NCBI GenBank assembly: GCA_024710355.1
Contig: JANJUX010000033.1
Location: 181,981 to 245,980, forward strand
Reading direction: 5' to 3'
Origin: Candidatus Rifleibacteriota bacterium
Lineage (GTDB): Bacteria > Muiribacteriota > Ozemobacteria > Ozemobacterales > Ozemobacteraceae
Length of the DNA stretch: 64,000 nt
Positions within the stretch are counted from its first letter, which is position 1. Every line of letters starts with the position of its first letter. Below, piece by piece: positions 41,174-51,498 of this stretch. The notes under the pieces are model-generated. The model was not told the DNA's origin, did not search any database, and was given only the letters and a program-made list of their open reading frames with translations. A program made the position numbers and the translations under genes.

Positions 41174-43231
41174 TTGCACCGGCAGATAAAAAAAGGCAGA
41201 CGAATCCGCAGACTACTGCTGATTTTTACGATGATTTCAGTTTTTATATCTGGAATCAGGCCCGCGCATGCCTTTGATGTGCCGTCGATCGATACCCAGA
41301 AGTTTCCGGTCGAGATCTACGGTGATTATCTCGAATACCGCACTAAAGCCGAACAGATCGTCACCAAGGGCAAAGCCTACATATCGTATCAGGATATGAA
41401 GATCAGCGCCGAAAACATTCAGGCCAACACCAAAACCGAAGATATCTTCGCCCAGGGCAAGGTCGATTTCTGGAAAGGTTACGACCAGACCACCGGCGAC
41501 TTTCTCGTTTACAACATGAAATCAGGCGAAGGCTGGATGCGTGACGCCGAAATTCGCAAAAACCGCAATTTCTTCAGCGCCAAAGACGTTTATGTCAGCC
41601 CAAGATACAGCATTGCCCAGGATGTTATGCAGACGACCTGCGATGATACCGACCACCCGCATTATCGCATTACCAGCAAAAAAATCGAAACCTACCCGGG
41701 CAAATCGATGACCCTCGAAGACCTGCGCCTGAAATGGAAAGGCAAAACCCTCTACCACCGTGGCCGCGATTACTCGGAATTCAAGGAACGCGAGAAGTTT
41801 TTCCATACCCGTCAGGGTATGTCGCAGATCGATGGCATATATTTCAAGTTCACTACTGATCTGATGGTGAATGAGCACGTTTCCGGTCGCTTTACCGCCG
41901 ATGCTTTTGAAAAGCGCGGCAACGGTTTCGGTTTCAACGGTAACTACAACGGCGGCGATAAAGGCAACGGTTCGATCTATTTCTACCAACTCAACGAAAC
42001 TAAACGCAATCATACCAACACTCAGATGAACCTGTCGCACAATTACAGCTTTGCTGGCGGTGAAAGCCTGGCGACCAGCTTTATTTACAGCGGTGACCAG
42101 TATACCGGCCAGGCCGAAAACCAGGATTTGACCGTGCAGATCAACTACCGCCCGGTGCTCAGTTTCATGACAATGAACGTTGTCGCCAATAAATTCTATG
42201 ACCTCGATGGCGATAAATACACGGCTGATAACAATTACCAGCTGCTCAACCGCCTGCCCGAAATCAATTTCACGCTGCCCGGCTATACAACCCCGGGAGT
42301 TCCGCTCAGTCTCAATCTTTCTGGTATGTATGGTCGCTATGAAGACGGCACTCTCAGCGACGTCAATGAATCAGAAAAGAAAGACGCCAGAGTCAGCGTT
42401 ACCGTGCCGACCATCTATGTGCACGAGCGCTTCGACCTGACCCCTTCCTATAACCTGCAGAAAAGCTATTATTCTGGCGGTATCGAACGCGAGAACGGCT
42501 CGACGATGGTCAGGGCGCAGCACCGCTTTTCCAACGTCACCAATCTCGAATTCAACTACAATGTTTCGACAAGCAAAGGTAAATCGCCATTTCAGTTCGA
42601 CTCTTTTACCGGCACCGATATTTTTTCTACTCGACTGCGGTTTGCCCAGAATTCATGGTCACTTAATCCGGTTAACTTTAACTATAACCGTGTAATGAGC
42701 CGGTTTGAACAGGTTTATTGGGATTATTCGCGCCGGTCGCGCACCGACGCCTATCGCAACTGGGAATTTTTTATCCGCCGCGATTACGTCGTGCCTAATC
42801 TTGGCATGGCCAAAATGGATTTGACCAGGCTGGAACCGGGCAACCTGAACGCTCGTTATCGTCTTGCCTCAAATCTCTGGTCGTTTGATACCAGCGTGAC
42901 CATGCCCTATGGCGAAGACAAAATCACCAATACCTCGTTCAACTACCAGGCCACCATCAGGCCGCTCTGGGCCGTTTCGACCTCGGGTAACTACAACCAC
43001 ATCACCGAAAAATTCAGCCCCCTCACCATCGGCCTGGTGCGCGACCTGCACTGCTGGGAAGCCCGCGCCGAATACAGCCACGAACGCAAAGAATTCTGGA
43101 TCGAGTTCTATCTGAAAGCCTATCCCGACGATACCGGCCGTTTCCGCTACGGCATGGAAGACAACAAACTCGAAGCCAAGCTCGCCGCCTACGACCAGAT
43201 GACGCAGCGCTACGAAGGCATGACCCGCTGA
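41174..43231 (+). CDS. lptD: LPS-assembly protein LptD (OstA family) outer-membrane beta-barrel
   Basis: Signal peptide; N-terminal OstA/LptA-like jellyroll repeats; long C-terminal beta-strand-rich region ending with aromatic residues. Confidence 0.65.
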   Translation: MHRQIKKGRRIRRLLLIFTMISVFISGIRPAHAFDVPSIDTQKFPVEIYGDYLEYRTKAEQIVTKGKAYISYQDMKISAENIQANTKTEDIFAQGKVDFWKGYDQTTGDFLVYNMKSGEGWMRDAEIRKNRNFFSAKDVYVSPRYSIAQDVMQTTCDDTDHPHYRITSKKIETYPGKSMTLEDLRLKWKGKTLYHRGRDYSEFKEREKFFHTRQGMSQIDGIYFKFTTDLMVNEHVSGRFTADAFEKRGNGFGFNGNYNGGDKGNGSIYFYQLNETKRNHTNTQMNLSHNYSFAGGESLATSFIYSGDQYTGQAENQDLTVQINYRPVLSFMTMNVVANKFYDLDGDKYTADNNYQLLNRLPEINFTLPGYTTPGVPLSLNLSGMYGRYEDGTLSDVNESEKKDARVSVTVPTIYVHERFDLTPSYNLQKSYYSGGIERENGSTMVRAQHRFSNVTNLEFNYNVSTSKGKSPFQFDSFTGTDIFSTRLRFAQNSWSLNPVNFNYNRVMSRFEQVYWDYSRRSRTDAYRNWEFFIRRDYVVPNLGMAKMDLTRLEPGNLNARYRLASNLWSFDTSVTMPYGEDKITNTSFNYQATIRPLWAVSTSGNYNHITEKFSPLTIGLVRDLHCWEARAEYSHERKEFWIEFYLKAYPDDTGRFRYGMEDNKLEAKLAAYDQMTQRYEGMTR

Positions 43232-43319
43232 CCTACACAAACCCGGTCAGGATAGTTGTTGAAATCTGCACTTCTCCCTGTGTATTATGAACCCATCGCA
43301 CATGGTGGAGGAACAGTTG

Positions 43320-43766
43320 ATGAAGATATACGCAGGTTCGGATCATGGCGGCTTTGAATTGAAGAAGTCTCTGATAAAGCGGCTTCACGAACTCGGTCAC
43401 CAGGTCGAAGACCTTGGTACCCACTCTCTGGCTTCCTGTGACTACCCTGATTACGCGCACGCCGTCGCTGCCAACGTCATTGCTGACCCAGGTTCTCTGG
43501 GGCTGCTTATTTGTGGCTCCGGAATCGGCATTTCGATAGCCGCTAACCGCCATCATGGCATCAGGGCCGCTCTCTGTCGCTGCGGCCTCGAAGCCGAGCT
43601 TTCGCGCAGACATAATGACGCCAACGTGCTGGTCATGGGTGGCCGCATCGTCGGCGAAGCCCTGGCCATCGATATGCTCGAAAAATTTCTCGGCACCGAT
43701 TTTGAAGGTGGTCGCCACAATAACCGCATTGCCAAAATCGAAATAACCCAGGAAGGACAACAGTAA
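43320..43766 (+). CDS. rpiB: ribose-5-phosphate isomerase B
   Basis: MKIYAGSDHGGFELKKSLIKRLHELGHQVEDLG...LLICGSGIGISIAANR RpiB/LacAB signature. Confidence 0.8.
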   Translation: MKIYAGSDHGGFELKKSLIKRLHELGHQVEDLGTHSLASCDYPDYAHAVAANVIADPGSLGLLICGSGIGISIAANRHHGIRAALCRCGLEAELSRRHNDANVLVMGGRIVGEALAIDMLEKFLGTDFEGGRHNNRIAKIEITQEGQQ

Positions 43767-43767
43767 C

Positions 43768-44397
43768 ATGGGAAAACTGATCATCGTCGATCACCCGCTG
43801 GTCAAACACAAAATCACGCTTTTAAGATCAAAACATACTGATGTTCAGGTTTTCCGGCAGCTGATGCAGGAACTCTCGATGCTGCTGGCCTACGAAGCCA
43901 CCCGCAGCATTCCGGTCGAAAATACCACCTGTGAAACTCCGCTGATGCAGGCTGAAGCGCATCTGATCACCCCCGGCACCCTTGCTGTCATACCGATTCT
44001 GCGTGCCGGTCTCGGTATGGTCGATGGCCTGCTGAGTTTTATGCCAATGGCTCGCGTCGGTCACATCGGGCTTTATCGCGATCACGATACGCTGCAGCCG
44101 GTCGAATATTACTGCAAACTGCCGCAGGGCATCGCCGACATGGAAGTATTCGTTATCGATCCGATGCTTGCCACAGGTGGTACCGTGGCTAAATCGATCG
44201 AAACCATCAAAAAGGCCGGCGCTCACAAAATCAGATTTTTGTGCGTCGTTTCATGCCCCGAAGGTGTCGAAGTTGTTCAGAAAGCTCACCCCGACGTCGA
44301 TATCTATACCTGTGTACTTGACAAGTGCCTGAACGAAAAAGGCTACATTCTGCCAGGTCTTGGCGACGCCGGAGATCGACTGTATGGAACCAAATAA
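43768..44397 (+). CDS. upp: uracil phosphoribosyltransferase
   Basis: [20 protein letters not shown]...[15 protein letters not shown]-binding motif. Confidence 0.9.
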   Translation: MGKLIIVDHPLVKHKITLLRSKHTDVQVFRQLMQELSMLLAYEATRSIPVENTTCETPLMQAEAHLITPGTLAVIPILRAGLGMVDGLLSFMPMARVGHIGLYRDHDTLQPVEYYCKLPQGIADMEVFVIDPMLATGGTVAKSIETIKKAGAHKIRFLCVVSCPEGVEVVQKAHPDVDIYTCVLDKCLNEKGYILPGLGDAGDRLYGTK

Positions 44398-44881
44398 TAT
44401 CGAACTTCCAGTTTTCGACCATATTTCAGAGCGCCCGAGCTGGGATGTCTATTTTATGCGCATCGCCAAAATTGTGGCGCAGCGCTCGACCTGTCTCAGA
44501 CGCCAGGTTGGTGCGGTAATTGTGCGCGAAAATCGCATGCTGGCAACTGGTTACAATGGCGCTCCGGTCGGGCTGGCTCACTGTTTTCAGCTTCCCGGCG
44601 GCTGTCTGCGCGAAGCTCAGAAGATTCCTTCGGGCCAGCGCCAGGAGCTCTGCCGCGGCCTGCATGCTGAACAGAACGCGATTCTGCAGGCGGCTGCGTT
44701 CGGCGTTTCCCTGAAAAACAGTGATTGCTACTGCACTCACCAGCCCTGTGTAACCTGTGCTAAGATGCTTATGAACGCGGGTATCAAAAGAATCGTGTTT
44801 CTTGGCGATTACCCCGATGAACTCTCGCTCGAAATGCTTAAAGAAGGCAAGATCACGCTCGAAAGGATAGAAATAGACTGA
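44384..44881 (+). CDS. dCMP/cytidine deaminase family (ComEB-like)
   Basis: HAEQNAI zinc-binding H(A)E and PCVTCAKML PCxxC motifs; 14-nt overlap with upp. Confidence 0.8.
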   Translation: MEPNNIELPVFDHISERPSWDVYFMRIAKIVAQRSTCLRRQVGAVIVRENRMLATGYNGAPVGLAHCFQLPGGCLREAQKIPSGQRQELCRGLHAEQNAILQAAAFGVSLKNSDCYCTHQPCVTCAKMLMNAGIKRIVFLGDYPDELSLEMLKEGKITLERIEID

Positions 44882-44884
44882 GTC

Positions 44885-46156
44885 ATGGCTAAAATTCTGA
44901 TTGAGGGCGGAAAACCCCTGAGTGGCAGTATCAAGGTCAGCGGTGCAAAGAATGCGGCGCTGCCGATCATGGCCGGGGTGATTCTCAGCACCGAACCCGT
45001 GCGGCTGACCAATGTGCCGGCGCTGAACGATGTTGAGACGATGGCGAAGGTTCTTCAGGCGATTGGCATCAAAAGCAGCTGCCTCGGCGGCAATGTCTAT
45101 CAGTTCGATGCCTCTGGTCCTGTCAGCGATGAAGCGCCTTATGAACTGGTAAAAACCATGCGGGCCAGCTTTTTTGTCATGGGCCCGCTGCTTGCAAGGC
45201 TTAAAAAGGCCAGGGTGCCGTTGCCCGGTGGCTGTGCCATTGGTGTCAGGCCGGTAAATATTCATCTCAAGGGCTTTGAAGCTCTTGGGGCGCAGGTTTC
45301 TATCGAAGGTGGCTGTGCCGTCGCCGTTGCCGAAAATCTGCGTGGTGCCAGAATTATTCTTGATTTCCCGTCAGTTGGTGCCACCGAGAATCTTATGATG
45401 GCCGCCACTCTGGCTGAAGGGCGCACTGTCATCGATAACGCTGCCCAGGAACCTGAAATTGTCGATCTGGCCAAGTTTTTGAACACTATTGGCGCGAAGA
45501 TCGAGGGGGCCGGCAGCCCGAGTATCACCATCGACGGTGTCGAGCGCCTTGGCGGCGGTGAATACCGCGTCATGCCCGACCGCATCGAAGCCGGAACCTT
45601 CGCTGTTATGGGCGCCATGACCGGCGGCCCGATCAGGGTCGAGAACTGTGACCCCGATCATCTGCTGGCGCTGATCAACAAATTGCGCGAAATGGGCGCC
45701 GAAATCACCACCGAAGCCGATGCGATCATCGTTAAAGCCGATCGTCGTCTGCGGGCCGTCGAAGTCAAGACTCTGCCTTATCCGGGGTTTGCCACCGATC
45801 TGCAGTCGCAGCTGATGGCGGCCATGTGTCTGGCCGAGGGCAGCTCTTCGGTGACTGAAACCATATTCGAAAACCGTTTTATGCATGTGTCTGAACTGGC
45901 TCGCATGGGTGCCAGCATTGCAATTCACGACCGCACTGCCGTTGTTCACGGGGTAAAAACGCTGCAGGGCGCTCCGGTTTCTGCAACCGACCTGCGCGCC
46001 GGTGCCGCAATGGTTCTTGCCGGTCTGGTCGCAGAAGGTCGCACCGAGATCAGCCAGGTCTATCACATCGATCGGGGTTACGAAGATCTTGTTGGCCGAA
46101 TTCTAAAGCTTGGCGCCAGCATACAGCGTATTGAAGAACCGAAAGCACAGAAATAA
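44885..46156 (+). CDS. murA: UDP-N-acetylglucosamine 1-carboxyvinyltransferase
   Basis: MAKILIEGGKPLSGSIKVSGAKNAALPIMAG...catalytic Cys in GGCAIGVRP. Confidence 0.9.
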   Translation: MAKILIEGGKPLSGSIKVSGAKNAALPIMAGVILSTEPVRLTNVPALNDVETMAKVLQAIGIKSSCLGGNVYQFDASGPVSDEAPYELVKTMRASFFVMGPLLARLKKARVPLPGGCAIGVRPVNIHLKGFEALGAQVSIEGGCAVAVAENLRGARIILDFPSVGATENLMMAATLAEGRTVIDNAAQEPEIVDLAKFLNTIGAKIEGAGSPSITIDGVERLGGGEYRVMPDRIEAGTFAVMGAMTGGPIRVENCDPDHLLALINKLREMGAEITTEADAIIVKADRRLRAVEVKTLPYPGFATDLQSQLMAAMCLAEGSSSVTETIFENRFMHVSELARMGASIAIHDRTAVVHGVKTLQGAPVSATDLRAGAAMVLAGLVAEGRTEISQVYHIDRGYEDLVGRILKLGASIQRIEEPKAQK

Positions 46157-46171
46157 AAGAGGAGCATCAGC

Positions 46172-47884
46172 ATGACCGAATCCGGAAAAAGCCGCTTTCA
46201 GAATCTTATCGACGGTTTGAAGAGCACCAACCGTGAGGAAAAACTGCTTTCGGTGGCGGCTCTGGGCATTCTGCGCGTGCGCCAGCATGCCGACGCCCTT
46301 GTCGATCTGCTTTCTTCGCCTGACCGCGAAGTCGTCGAGCAGGTGGTCAAAGCGCTCGGCCATATTGGTAACCCGGGTTCGGTCAAGCATATCATCGAGT
46401 TCGTCGTCAATGACGACGGAAAACTGGCTGATACGGCGATGCTCGCTCTTCGCAGCTTCAATTTTCAGCCGGCTCTCGATGTGGTAATTCGCGCCTGCAG
46501 CTCTGACAAGCCGCCGCAGCTGCGCAAGAAGCTTCTCGATCTGCTGATTTCCTACGAAGACGTGCGTGTTGCCTCTCTGATGAACGAAATCATGGGTCAG
46601 ACCCGTGACCCGGAGCTGCTTACCGCCGCCATCAATTATTTCATCAAACACCCGTCGGCCGAGCGCCACACCTCTCTCAAAATGCTTGCCGGCAACAGTA
46701 ACTGGGGCGTTTCTCTGGCCGCCAACATTGCTCTGTCGCGCCTTAAAGACGAAGGCGCCTACGCGCACGTGCGCCGCCTGGTTAAATCTTCGAATGCCGA
46801 AGTCCGCCAGATCATCGCCGAAGCCCTTGTCAGCCGGCCGTTGATCGAGGATCGCAACATCTTTTCGGCTCTGTTCGAAGATTCTCGCCACCGCATCAGG
46901 GAAATCGCCATCGATGGTCTGGCGCTGTTCGGGGCCGATGAACGCATCAGTGTTCTGCGTCACTGGCTCGCAGCCGAAACCGACGCAAAAATCAAACTGC
47001 AGCTGATTAAAAAGGCCGAAGCCGAAAAATCGGCGCTGCTCTATGACGAGCTCTATAAACTGCTGCAGGTGGCCGACGAAAGCCTGCAGACCGCCGCGAT
47101 CGAGGCGATTGCCGCCATGGGAGAACGTATTGTCGACCGTATTCTCATTGATTTCGACCGCATGCCGCTCGTGGTAAGAGAACAGATGATTCTTGTGCTC
47201 GGCCAGATTGGCGGTGACAAGGTCACACGAACCATCAGAGAATCGCTGGCGGCCAAAGAGCGCTGGCTGCGAATCAACGCCGTCGATGCCGCCGCCCGCA
47301 TGAACGACCCCGAATTGAATGCAGATCTGGTGCGTATTCTGCAGGCAAAAGACACCGATATCTGGGTGCGCGCCACTGCCGTTTCGGCCCTCGGCCGCAC
47401 TTTTAATACCGATTATTCTGAAGTTATTGCCAGTCAGCTGAAACACGAAGATGCCCGCGTGCGTGCCAACTCTATCGAGGCCCTGTCTGAGCTGAAGTGG
47501 TCAGAACTGCCCGAAGCCTGCCATCGCCTGCTGCACGACCGCAACGACCGCGTGCGCGTCAACGCCGCCATCGCCCTCTGGAAAAGCGGCCACGAAGAAG
47601 TCTTTGCCGAACTCGAAAAAATGTCACGCGACAAGAGCCGCTGGGTGCGCGCTTCGGCCGTGTTTGCTCTCGGGCGCATCAAAGACCGCGAAGGCACGCC
47701 GATTCTCTTGAAAATGCTCGCTGACAGCGAAGACATGGTTTATCGCAACGCCGTCGAAGCCCTCGCCGAACAGGGCGACCTGCGCGCCATGCTGCCATTG
47801 CTGAAAGAAGCTCGTGGCGGCCGAATGTCGACCGATTTCTACGAAAAAGCGCTGACCCGCTTCACCGAAACCATTCGCAGTTGA
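46172..47884 (+). CDS. HEAT-repeat (PBS-lyase type) protein
   Basis: Multiple DxxVRxxAxxALGxIG-type repeats (DARVRANSIEALSEL, NDRVRVNAAIALWKSG, SRWVRASAVFALGRIKD). Confidence 0.7.
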   Translation: MTESGKSRFQNLIDGLKSTNREEKLLSVAALGILRVRQHADALVDLLSSPDREVVEQVVKALGHIGNPGSVKHIIEFVVNDDGKLADTAMLALRSFNFQPALDVVIRACSSDKPPQLRKKLLDLLISYEDVRVASLMNEIMGQTRDPELLTAAINYFIKHPSAERHTSLKMLAGNSNWGVSLAANIALSRLKDEGAYAHVRRLVKSSNAEVRQIIAEALVSRPLIEDRNIFSALFEDSRHRIREIAIDGLALFGADERISVLRHWLAAETDAKIKLQLIKKAEAEKSALLYDELYKLLQVADESLQTAAIEAIAAMGERIVDRILIDFDRMPLVVREQMILVLGQIGGDKVTRTIRESLAAKERWLRINAVDAAARMNDPELNADLVRILQAKDTDIWVRATAVSALGRTFNTDYSEVIASQLKHEDARVRANSIEALSELKWSELPEACHRLLHDRNDRVRVNAAIALWKSGHEEVFAELEKMSRDKSRWVRASAVFALGRIKDREGTPILLKMLADSEDMVYRNAVEALAEQGDLRAMLPLLKEARGGRMSTDFYEKALTRFTETIRS

Positions 47885-48349
47885 TTACCAGGTTTTAAAT
47901 GGCCTGGCTACAAGGCTGGCGTTGTAATAGCGAGGGTCTTCAGTGACTTCGCGGCCGATCCAGGCGGGTTTTGTGATCTGCTGGTCGGCTGATTGCAGTT
48001 CGACCTCGGCGACGATCAGGCCGGCGTTGTCGCCATGAAATTCGTCGATTTCCCAGGTCACGTCAGCGTGCTTTACCAGGTATCTGGTCTTTTCGATAAG
48101 TGGCTTTTCGCAAAGATCTGTAAGCATCGCTTCGGCATCAGCAGCAGGAATCTCATACTCAAACTCGTCGCGCACCGCGCCCGCTGTTTTACCCTTGATG
48201 GTAACAAAGCCCCGGCCGGCCGCCAGTCTGACGCGAACCGTTCTTTCGGGTGTGCGGCAAAGATAGCCCTGGCGATAAACTGAACCAACGGCGTTTTTTC
48301 GCCATTCATCGCCGTTAACGAGAAACTTGCGCTCGATCTCTTTTGCCAA
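47885..48349 (-). CDS. CYTH domain protein (CyaB/ThTPase-like triphosphate tunnel metalloenzyme)
   Basis: N-terminal EIERKFLV signature and WEIDEF; 154 aa. Confidence 0.75.
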   Translation of the reverse strand: MAKEIERKFLVNGDEWRKNAVGSVYRQGYLCRTPERTVRVRLAAGRGFVTIKGKTAGAVRDEFEYEIPAADAEAMLTDLCEKPLIEKTRYLVKHADVTWEIDEFHGDNAGLIVAEVELQSADQQITKPAWIGREVTEDPRYYNASLVARPFKTW

Positions 48350-48361
48350 TGCTTTCGCTCC

Positions 48362-48865
48362 TTAAGGGCAGGCAGTTTTGCGGCGCAGATACAACTGTGC
48401 GCAGGCCAGCGCGTCAGACAGGGCTTCGTGGTGGTTGAGCTCAATGCGCATGCGCTCGCAGCAGTTGCTGAGACGACACGGATTAAAGCCGAGCGCCCGG
48501 TAGATTTTTACTGTGCACTCCCACCTTGCCGGCAGCAGCAATTCAGAATAATCGAGACCGTAGAATTCCATGCAGCTCTTCAGCACACCTCTGTCAAAGC
48601 TCTCATTGTGGGCGACAATGGTTTTGCCCTGCAGGCGCTTTCTGATTTCCGGGTAAACCGCCGCAAAATCAGGAGAATTTTTGGTTTTTGCCGGTGTAAT
48701 GCCATGCACTTCAATGTTCATGCGCCAATACTGATTGTCTGGTGGCCTGATCAAAGTGTGCCACGCCTCGGTAATTTCGCCACCCGCAACGGTTACAATT
48801 CCCAGCGCACAGGCGCTTTCACGCTTACCCGTGGCAGTCTCAAAATCTATCGCGACAAAGTTCAT
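48362..48865 (-). CDS. DEDDh 3'-5' exonuclease (DnaQ/oligoribonuclease-like)
   Basis: Exo I FVAIDFETATG, Exo II IVAHNESFDRGVL, Exo III HHEALSDALACAQLY. Confidence 0.75.
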   Translation of the reverse strand: MNFVAIDFETATGKRESACALGIVTVAGGEITEAWHTLIRPPDNQYWRMNIEVHGITPAKTKNSPDFAAVYPEIRKRLQGKTIVAHNESFDRGVLKSCMEFYGLDYSELLLPARWECTVKIYRALGFNPCRLSNCCERMRIELNHHEALSDALACAQLYLRRKTACP

Positions 48866-49014
48866 GGCGTCTCCGTTTCTGGCCTGTCATCATGTTTTGC
48901 TTCCAAAAAGTTTTTTGTGGTCTCATGCCAGGCTTTTTTAGAGCAAATAAAAAGGGCTGTTTCATATTACTATGAGACAGCCCCTGATATCTACGGTCTG
49001 CTGGTCGGGTGCTT

Positions 49015-49881
49015 TTATTGCTTCATTACCGACAGGAACAGGTCTATTTCGCTGTTAATGACAGCGATATCTTCTTTCAGCTGTTTGCAGGCTTTTGTCC
49101 AGAATTCGGGGTTGCTGTTGCGTGAATTCCAATTTTCGGCAACTGCTGCTTTGGCGGCGGCCTTGAAATACTTGATGCCATATTTCAGGCGCCATGCGGG
49201 AAAAGCTGCAAAACCCATGCTGCCAACCTTTGTTGAGGCGATACCAGCCTGATTGCCGGCCTCGATAAGAGCTGTGGCTGCCTGCTTCCAGATGGTCTTC
49301 GCATCTGCCGGCGCAATATTTTCGGGAACAAATGCCAGGGCCATTTTTTCTTTTACCGGCACGAAACCTTCCTGAATTGCTTTGAACCAGACGAGGTCAA
49401 GAACCATTCCTTCTGCCAGCGCCCAGTAACGGAGTTCTTCAAAGCCTCTGTCAGCGGCGGCGGCAAAGTCGCGGCAGAGAAATTCAAATATCTTTTCATT
49501 GCCCTTGTGTTCGGGGTAAAGCTGGGCGCCGATTTCGAGACGTTTCTGGAAATACTTGGGGCTCAGATACCATCTGATGTTCGAGCCGAAAAGTTTGACG
49601 AGCTCGGCAAAAATGTCGCTGCCTTTTTTTGAAGCAGTTGCAGCAGCTTTATAAAGTTCTTCATAACTGGCCCTTTCAAGGCCGGCCGGTCTTGTGTCAG
49701 GAAACCCCGCCTGGGCACTGAATGGCAGCAATAATTCCCGAATTTTTGCTGCTGCATCACTGATTGGTTTTTCATAAAGCGTGTTCCATGGGTCAGCCGG
49801 CTGGGCATTGGTCATGCTGCCGGTCAGCACCAACAATACCATGGCAACAAAAATCATCGCGATTCTTTTGTTCATTGTCAT
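49015..49881 (-). CDS. secreted hypothetical protein
   Basis: Signal peptide MTMNKRIAMIFVAMVLLVLTGSMTNAQ; alpha-helical; no family recognised. Confidence 0.45.
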   Translation of the reverse strand: MTMNKRIAMIFVAMVLLVLTGSMTNAQPADPWNTLYEKPISDAAAKIRELLLPFSAQAGFPDTRPAGLERASYEELYKAAATASKKGSDIFAELVKLFGSNIRWYLSPKYFQKRLEIGAQLYPEHKGNEKIFEFLCRDFAAAADRGFEELRYWALAEGMVLDLVWFKAIQEGFVPVKEKMALAFVPENIAPADAKTIWKQAATALIEAGNQAGIASTKVGSMGFAAFPAWRLKYGIKYFKAAAKAAVAENWNSRNSNPEFWTKACKQLKEDIAVINSEIDLFLSVMKQ

Positions 49882-50021
49882 TCCTCCAGATAATTGTCTA
49901 CTGAATCAGATAATACAATATTGCAATGCAGCATTCAACAGGATAATTTATGGCCGCAGGGTCAGGAGGACACAGGCTTTTTAGTGCTCTGTCAAATTTG
50001 AATGAACGTTTATTTTCGACA

Positions 50022-50780
50022 TTAGCCATCACCTGGCCGGTCATGATCGGTTAAAAGAAAGCGCAGTGCCTCGTCGATGACCGCAAAATCGAAAATATGG
50101 GTGCCGGGGTGCTCGCGATAGATGAGGTTTTTTCCCGTTTCCCAGCCATGATTGCGCAGCGCTTCGCCGAGTTTTCGAATGTGTTCGATATTGTAAAGGT
50201 CGTTACTTCCGGCATTGATAAAGACTTTGCGCTTAGGCACCAGTTCATTGAAAGCATACGGAAACCCGCCGGCCTCCAGCCAGTAGCCGAGAAACGGCAT
50301 CTGCGGGTAATTCATCAGGGCAATCGCCCCGAAATAGGCTCCGTTCGAATAACCGACAAAGTAAAGACGATCTGCGGCAAACCGGCTGCCCGCGCCGGTT
50401 TCTTTGTTCAGATGCTCCGGCAGCTCTTTCAGGTAGCGCAGGTTTTCCACAAGATATTCAGGGTACCAGGCAATCACCTCGGGAATCTCGCCAAACGAGC
50501 CCTGCAGCCCGCGCGGCATGACCAGGGCAAAACGGTTTCTCTCAGCCGCTTCGCAGAATTTCCAGAACATTTCTCTGGTATGGTCAGCAATGATCGCACT
50601 GTCGAATCCCTGCAGCAGAACCACCACCGGCATCTGCCCACGGTCTGCATCGGTCACCGCCGGCACAAAAAACTGAAACTCGCGCTGCAGACCACCGACC
50701 TTCACCTTTCTGGTGACACCCGGCATCGGCAGCAGCAGATAGCGATACGGCCACCACGCAGCGATCATCGCCGCCACCAC
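50022..50780 (-). CDS. alpha/beta hydrolase (esterase, PHB-depolymerase-like)
   Basis: GxSxG nucleophile elbow FVGYSNGAY; N-terminal hydrophobic segment. Confidence 0.6.
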   Translation of the reverse strand: MVAAMIAAWWPYRYLLLPMPGVTRKVKVGGLQREFQFFVPAVTDADRGQMPVVVLLQGFDSAIIADHTREMFWKFCEAAERNRFALVMPRGLQGSFGEIPEVIAWYPEYLVENLRYLKELPEHLNKETGAGSRFAADRLYFVGYSNGAYFGAIALMNYPQMPFLGYWLEAGGFPYAFNELVPKRKVFINAGSNDLYNIEHIRKLGEALRNHGWETGKNLIYREHPGTHIFDFAVIDEALRFLLTDHDRPGDG

Positions 50781-50961
50781 AAGGGCAGCACAATAAGAGC
50801 GATTCGTCGTCTTTGTAGAGAAACCTGATCGTAGCCCATGTTCTTATATCATTAATATTAAACTCGATTTTTCAGCAAGAAACTTTAAAAAATAGAAAAT
50901 TTAAAATTAAAATTTTGCTTTCAATCTTTTCTGCTTTTTCTGGCATATTACTTTCTGCAAT

Positions 50962-51498
50962 ATGATAAAAATCAGCCAACAACTCGTGGAAAATTTTGCG
51001 GCCGGCGACATGAAGGCCGCCGCGCTGCTGTTCGAGCAGCTGCGTCGCCCGTTGTTTGCCTATTTTTATCGGCTCGGTGGCGACCGCTGTGTGGCCGAAG
51101 ACCTGTTGCAGGAAACCCTGCTGACGCTGCACAGCCGCATCGAGACCTTCAACCGCGACTGTGAATTCATGCCCTGGGCCTGGGCGATCGCCCGCAACAA
51201 GTTTTTTGAATTCAAACGCAGCCAGAGTCGTGTGACCCGCCTGCTGCCGCAGCTTGCCGGCGTGGTGAAGCCGGAGCAGAACTGTTTCAGCAACGATGTG
51301 CATTTCGCCACCGACCTGAGAAACTGCCTCAATGAACTGTCTGAGCCGACCCGAGAGGCTTTCGTGTTAAGGCATTTCCAGGGCCTGAGCTTTCAGGAAA
51401 TCGCCGATCTGCAGCAGGTGCCCCTGCCGACCGCCAAATCGCGCGTGCTTTTTGCCCTGAAAAAGTTACGCGAATACTTTAAAAGAGGTGAACGATGA
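50962..51498 (+). CDS. ECF (extracytoplasmic function) sigma-70 family factor
   Basis: Region 2 (ETLLTLHSRIETFN...FMPWAWAIARNKFFEFKR) and region 4 HTH (LSFQEIADLQQVPLPTAKSRVLFALKKLR). Confidence 0.85.
   Translation: MIKISQQLVENFAAGDMKAAALLFEQLRRPLFAYFYRLGGDRCVAEDLLQETLLTLHSRIETFNRDCEFMPWAWAIARNKFFEFKRSQSRVTRLLPQLAGVVKPEQNCFSNDVHFATDLRNCLNELSEPTREAFVLRHFQGLSFQEIADLQQVPLPTAKSRVLFALKKLREYFKRGER

Noticed and set aside
46103-47446. 447-aa minus-strand ORF
   Set aside because: Antisense to the murA 3' end and HEAT-repeat gene; Gly/Arg/Phe-rich artefact.
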